From a bacterium (lineage in GTDB: Bacteria > UBA8248 > JACPRG01 > G963555815): a stretch of DNA of 64,000 bases. The notes under the pieces were generated by a model. That model worked only from the letters and a program-made list of their open reading frames with translations, did not search any database and had not been told where the DNA came from. Of the stretch, positions 60,296 to 64,000 are shown piece after piece; the stretch's first letter is position 1; the number at the start of each line of letters is the position of its first letter. The stretch lies in contig OZ244653.1 in assembly GCA_965218795.1 (NCBI GenBank), forward strand, positions 1,184,001-1,248,000, given 5' to 3'. The position numbers and the translations under genes are program-made.

Positions 60296-60360
60296 AAGGC
60301 TCGGCAACAGCCCGGAACCCAGCAGCTTCTGAAGGCATCTTCCTGACTCCGCCATTCACA

Positions 60361-62031
60361 ATGACTGACGACGCCGACATGTATTCCCATGGGGATCCTT
60401 TCCGGATTCGATTGTTCTGTGGCACCGCCCTAATCGGTCTGTTCATCGGGGCTGTTTTCGAATGGAGGCTATTCGGCCCTCTCACGTGGGGGATGAGCCG
60501 AGAATCACAGATCGCTGCGGTTGGAATTTCGGCATGGGGCCTGATAGCCCCGTCAAATTTCAGTTGGATCATTTTCAGCCGTCTCTTGGGCCGTTGGAAA
60601 ACCTCTCCTCGAATTGTCGATAAATTCAAGAAGACTTGGATACTCGCAGGAGTTGCGGTCGTTCTTGGAAGTGCGGTTTGGACGAATCCCGCAACTGTTG
60701 CCGTTTTGGTGTTTTTCTGGTTTGTTTTCATAAGACTGCTCGGAAATTTTGGTCAAAGTGAACGGTCTGCATTGAAGTGGTTTCTGCTCGCTTCAGCAGG
60801 GACACGTCTTCTCATTATTTTTTGCTATTATTCTTTCGCCACCTTAAAGGGTTGGACCGCCGCTTGGGTCACCATCGATTTTCCTCCCTACGAGGTGCCC
60901 GTCCTTTTCGGAGATGGGGCCGACGCGATTCAATATAGTCGGGCGACCGCCACTTATTGGCGCGGGTTTCGGGTCTCGGCCTCTGACCTCTATGAGGTCT
61001 TTAATCCCGATCGTTCTTTCCTTGACATCCACGGTGATGTCCGCCATCTCCTCCCTCAGACCGTTCTTTTTTACCTCTTCGGGGTCGAACCCATCGCCGC
61101 AAGAGTTCTGAGCGCGCTCGTTGGCGTTCTCGGTGCATTTCTGTCGTATCTCACCCTTCGCGGCCGCTTTGGAAAAGATGTGGCCTGGACGGCCGCCATC
61201 CTGATCAGCTTTTGGCCCACACTCTTCGCTTGGTCGATCGATGCCCTCAAAGAGCCCTATGTTCTCCTCCTGATTGTGGCGTCCGCGTTGTTTAGCACTC
61301 GCTTTGCGGAGGAACGTCGATGGTATGACCTGGTTTTGTCCCTCGCTTTTTTAGGAATGGCCCTCTCCATTCGAACACGGTTTTACCCCGTCATCTACGG
61401 TACTTCGGCCTTATGCCTGGGTGGCTACTTCGTACATCGCGGATTACGCCATGAGTCACCCACAAAGAGGATCGCCGGAGGTATCATGATCCTGCTATTC
61501 CTCATTGGGCTTACGCTGGCTTGGCCTTCGAGTCGACGGCTCCTTGTCGAAAATACATATCGGGGCTTTACGGCCCATCTGAGTTTTTCGCAATCGCCAG
61601 CTGGATACAAAGTTTGGCCAAGGTCCTATTACACACATCTCGGCACATTGGAAGATGTTGAAAGGAAGAAAGCCTTTTCAATCAAAGACTGGCCCGGGGC
61701 CTGGCTTCGAAATCTCGGCCACGTGCTTGTTGAGCCCTTACCGAGAAGAGGAAAATTCGGCGCCCTTCTCGCCATCTTGGGATTTGGCTGGTGGTTAGCG
61801 GTACTTTTTGCAGCCGTAGGCACATACATTGTTGCAGTCCGTCGGGATGGCGTTGGGTGGCTGTTTGTCGTCTATGTGTGCCTCTGTTTCGGTTTTTTGG
61901 CAATGTTTAGCGGTAACGCCGGCACCTTAATCCGACAACGGGACATTGCGACTCCGTTGCTCTTGATACTCACTGCAATCGGTGCCGGGGGATGCTTCCG
62001 ACTCTTGCGGGCTCAATCGCGCAAGGAATGA
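60361..62031 (+). CDS. Multi-pass membrane protein, GT-C/ArnT-like putative glycosyltransferase
   Basis: Many TM segments, FGDG.DA..Y, FWPTLFAWSIDALKEP and GNAGTLIRQR; start uncertain (ORF open from 60292). Confidence 0.7.
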   Translation: MTDDADMYSHGDPFRIRLFCGTALIGLFIGAVFEWRLFGPLTWGMSRESQIAAVGISAWGLIAPSNFSWIIFSRLLGRWKTSPRIVDKFKKTWILAGVAVVLGSAVWTNPATVAVLVFFWFVFIRLLGNFGQSERSALKWFLLASAGTRLLIIFCYYSFATLKGWTAAWVTIDFPPYEVPVLFGDGADAIQYSRATATYWRGFRVSASDLYEVFNPDRSFLDIHGDVRHLLPQTVLFYLFGVEPIAARVLSALVGVLGAFLSYLTLRGRFGKDVAWTAAILISFWPTLFAWSIDALKEPYVLLLIVASALFSTRFAEERRWYDLVLSLAFLGMALSIRTRFYPVIYGTSALCLGGYFVHRGLRHESPTKRIAGGIMILLFLIGLTLAWPSSRRLLVENTYRGFTAHLSFSQSPAGYKVWPRSYYTHLGTLEDVERKKAFSIKDWPGAWLRNLGHVLVEPLPRRGKFGALLAILGFGWWLAVLFAAVGTYIVAVRRDGVGWLFVVYVCLCFGFLAMFSGNAGTLIRQRDIATPLLLILTAIGAGGCFRLLRAQSRKE

Positions 62032-62404
62032 ACAATAAGGGGAATCCACTCCGAGGCTCCCGCAACGGGAAAATAGATGTGCGTTCCGGTCATGAAGGCT
62101 CCTTTTCAGCGCTCAGCCAACTCCCGGAAACCAACGGGCTTGGGACTCAATCACGAAGGAACGGCAAAAACGCGGGGATTCGTTGCCTGCCGAGGGAGTG
62201 AACAGCCAAGGCCACGGACATTCCAACCTGAAAACCGCCCGCGTCTGCGATTGTGCTCCCCTGCATCAACATTTCCTAGATTTTTCGGGGAGTCGATAAT
62301 TCTCGGAAAGAACCCTACTCGAGGACTGCTTTAAAGATAACTCCCCCTCCAAGAATGCTCCTGTATTCCAATAGCCTGAATCCGGAATTTTTCAACGGTG
62401 CCTC

Positions 62405-63575
62405 TAGTGTTTCGTCTCAAGAATAAGTAGGCAAAAGTCATGTTTGTGCATAGGTTTCCTGATCACCCCTTTTTCAAGGAGGAACCTATGCCACGGGGAC
62501 GCCCGCTGAAAGCTTTGGAGTTGAGCGATGATGCTCGACAGCAATTGGAGTCTATGGCCCATTCCCGCAGCCTACCCCATGGGCTGGTGCGCCGTGCCCA
62601 GATTGTCTTGTTGGCCGCCGATGGCAAGCCCAATCGTGCGGTTGGCGAGGCGCTTGGCGTGAATCGTGCCACCGTGGGAAAATGGCGCCAGCGGTATCTC
62701 GACCGCGGCCTGATCGGCCTGTATGACGAATTGCGGCCTGGAGCGCCGCGATCGATTGAGGATGAGCAAGTGGCCGAGGTCGTATACAAGACACTCAAAG
62801 AGCGTCCCAACGAGGCGACCCAGTGGACGGTGCGTTCCATGGCGCAGGCGACGGGTGTATCCAAAGATACGGTGCATCGCATCTGGCGTGCCTTCGGGTT
62901 GCAGCCCCATCGACAAGCGCACTTCAAACTCTCCACGGATCCCTTCTTCGTGGAGAAAGTACGCGACATCGTGGGGTTATACCTGAATCCGCCCGAGCAT
63001 GCCATGGTGCTGTGCGTGGACGAGAAGAGCCAGGTCCAGGCTCTGGAACGCACGCAGCCGTTGCTGCCCTTGGGCTTGGGCTATGTGGAAGGGGTCACCC
63101 ACGACTACAGGCGCCATGGCACAACGACTCTGTTTGCCGCGCTGGACATCCAGACCGGAGAAGTCATGGCGCAGTGTAAGCCCCGCCATCGTCATCAGGA
63201 ATTTCTTCAGTTTCTACGCCACATCGAGGAGCAGGTGCCGCCGGATTTGGACATTCATTTGGTGATCGACAACTACGCCACCCACAAGCACGCCAAAATC
63301 AAGCAATGGTTGGCAAGACACCCACGGTTTCAACTCCACTTCACGCCGACGTATGCTTCCTGGCTCAACCAAGTGGAAATCTGGTTTCACATCATCACGC
63401 AACGTGCGATTCGACGGGGCTCCTTCAACAAAGTGAAAGAACTGATCCGCCGGATTGACCGATTCACCGACCACTGGAACGAAAACGCCCAGCCGTTTGT
63501 GTGGACGGCCACGGCCGATTCCATCCTTGCAAAGATCAAACGCCTTTGTGAAAAAATTTCTGCGACAGTACACTA
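62405..63575 (+). mobile_element. IS630-family insertion sequence
   Basis: Imperfect terminal inverted repeats (TAGTGTTTCGTCTCAAGAAT / ATTTCTGCGACAGTACACTA); TA at both ends (62405-6, 63574-5). Confidence 0.92.
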
Positions 63576-63576
63576 G
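62488..63576 (+). CDS. IS630-family transposase
   Basis: HTH N-terminus, [20 protein letters not shown] and SWLNQVE (DDE); single uninterrupted ORF behind AAGGAGG. Confidence 0.96.
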   Translation: MPRGRPLKALELSDDARQQLESMAHSRSLPHGLVRRAQIVLLAADGKPNRAVGEALGVNRATVGKWRQRYLDRGLIGLYDELRPGAPRSIEDEQVAEVVYKTLKERPNEATQWTVRSMAQATGVSKDTVHRIWRAFGLQPHRQAHFKLSTDPFFVEKVRDIVGLYLNPPEHAMVLCVDEKSQVQALERTQPLLPLGLGYVEGVTHDYRRHGTTTLFAALDIQTGEVMAQCKPRHRHQEFLQFLRHIEEQVPPDLDIHLVIDNYATHKHAKIKQWLARHPRFQLHFTPTYASWLNQVEIWFHIITQRAIRRGSFNKVKELIRRIDRFTDHWNENAQPFVWTATADSILAKIKRLCEKISATVH

Positions 63577-63744
63577 TTCGTCCGCATCATAGTGGGTGAT
63601 GTGATTGTCCGTGTAGCCCCCGGAAACGAGCTTTCCGTAAAAATACTCGATCGTCGGCCAAATCCACCGCCCATAATCGGGAGTTCCCAGAACAAGGTCC
63701 CTCTGGTCGAGAGAAAAGGATTCTCTTGGAACATACCCTATGAC

Positions 63745-64000
63745 TGGATTTACCCCGTTTCAGTGGACAGTTTATGGCTGTTGCGCCTAGGCCTGAGGTG
63801 GGCGACAGCCGGTGGACGTAAAGTCTTCCCCTAAATCGGTGGATAGGATATCCCTGGAGGGGATGTCTTTCCCTTTGGCTCGCCGCTCCGGGACGCATCG
63901 GGGACGGCTTGAGCCGGACGATGAAGTTTGCACGCCGCACGCGGCGTCGCCTTTGCCGCGGACCGCTCGAAGTCGTTGGGGCTGAGGTAGCCCAGGGCGG
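63745..64000 (-). mobile_element. Right end of an IS3-family element (continues beyond the window)
   Basis: Minus-strand ALGYLSPNDFER (OrfB C-terminus) and terminal-repeat-like TGGATTTACCCCGTTTCAGTGGACA at 63745. Confidence 0.75.

Overview
High-GC bacterial chromosomal window; taxon not determinable from sequence alone. (i) 1-9.4 kb: partial ABC substrate-binding gene, small gene remnants, an EamA/DMT transporter bracketed by a composite direct repeat containing 10-bp-phased CACGG arrays, and an fba-fbp-pfkA cluster. (ii) 9.5-50.5 kb: a large catabolic and uptake region apparently for nitrogen-containing compounds: M24 hydrolases, several amidohydrolases, a hydantoinase, two nitrilase-family amidases, two class III aminotransferases, two Rieske oxygenases, an LLM oxidoreductase, SDRs, MBL hydrolases, a NitT/TauT ABC transporter and a Dpp/Opp ABC transporter. 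The Dpp/Opp binding protein appears circularly permuted. The region also has a three-domain Rid protein and an AhpD-like gene with CxxU (UGA) followed by a SECIS-like hairpin. (iii) tRNA-Pro(GGG) at 50.7 kb. (iv) 51-62 kb: partly eroded surface-glycosylation region (GT4-methyltransferase fusion, YfhO-like and GT-C-like membrane proteins, FGE-domain protein, remnants). (v) An intact-looking IS630 and the end of an IS3-family element. Many truncated or frameshifted gene fragments occur throughout. No CRISPR array, rRNA or integrase was seen. All product calls come from motif recognition by eye, not from database searches.
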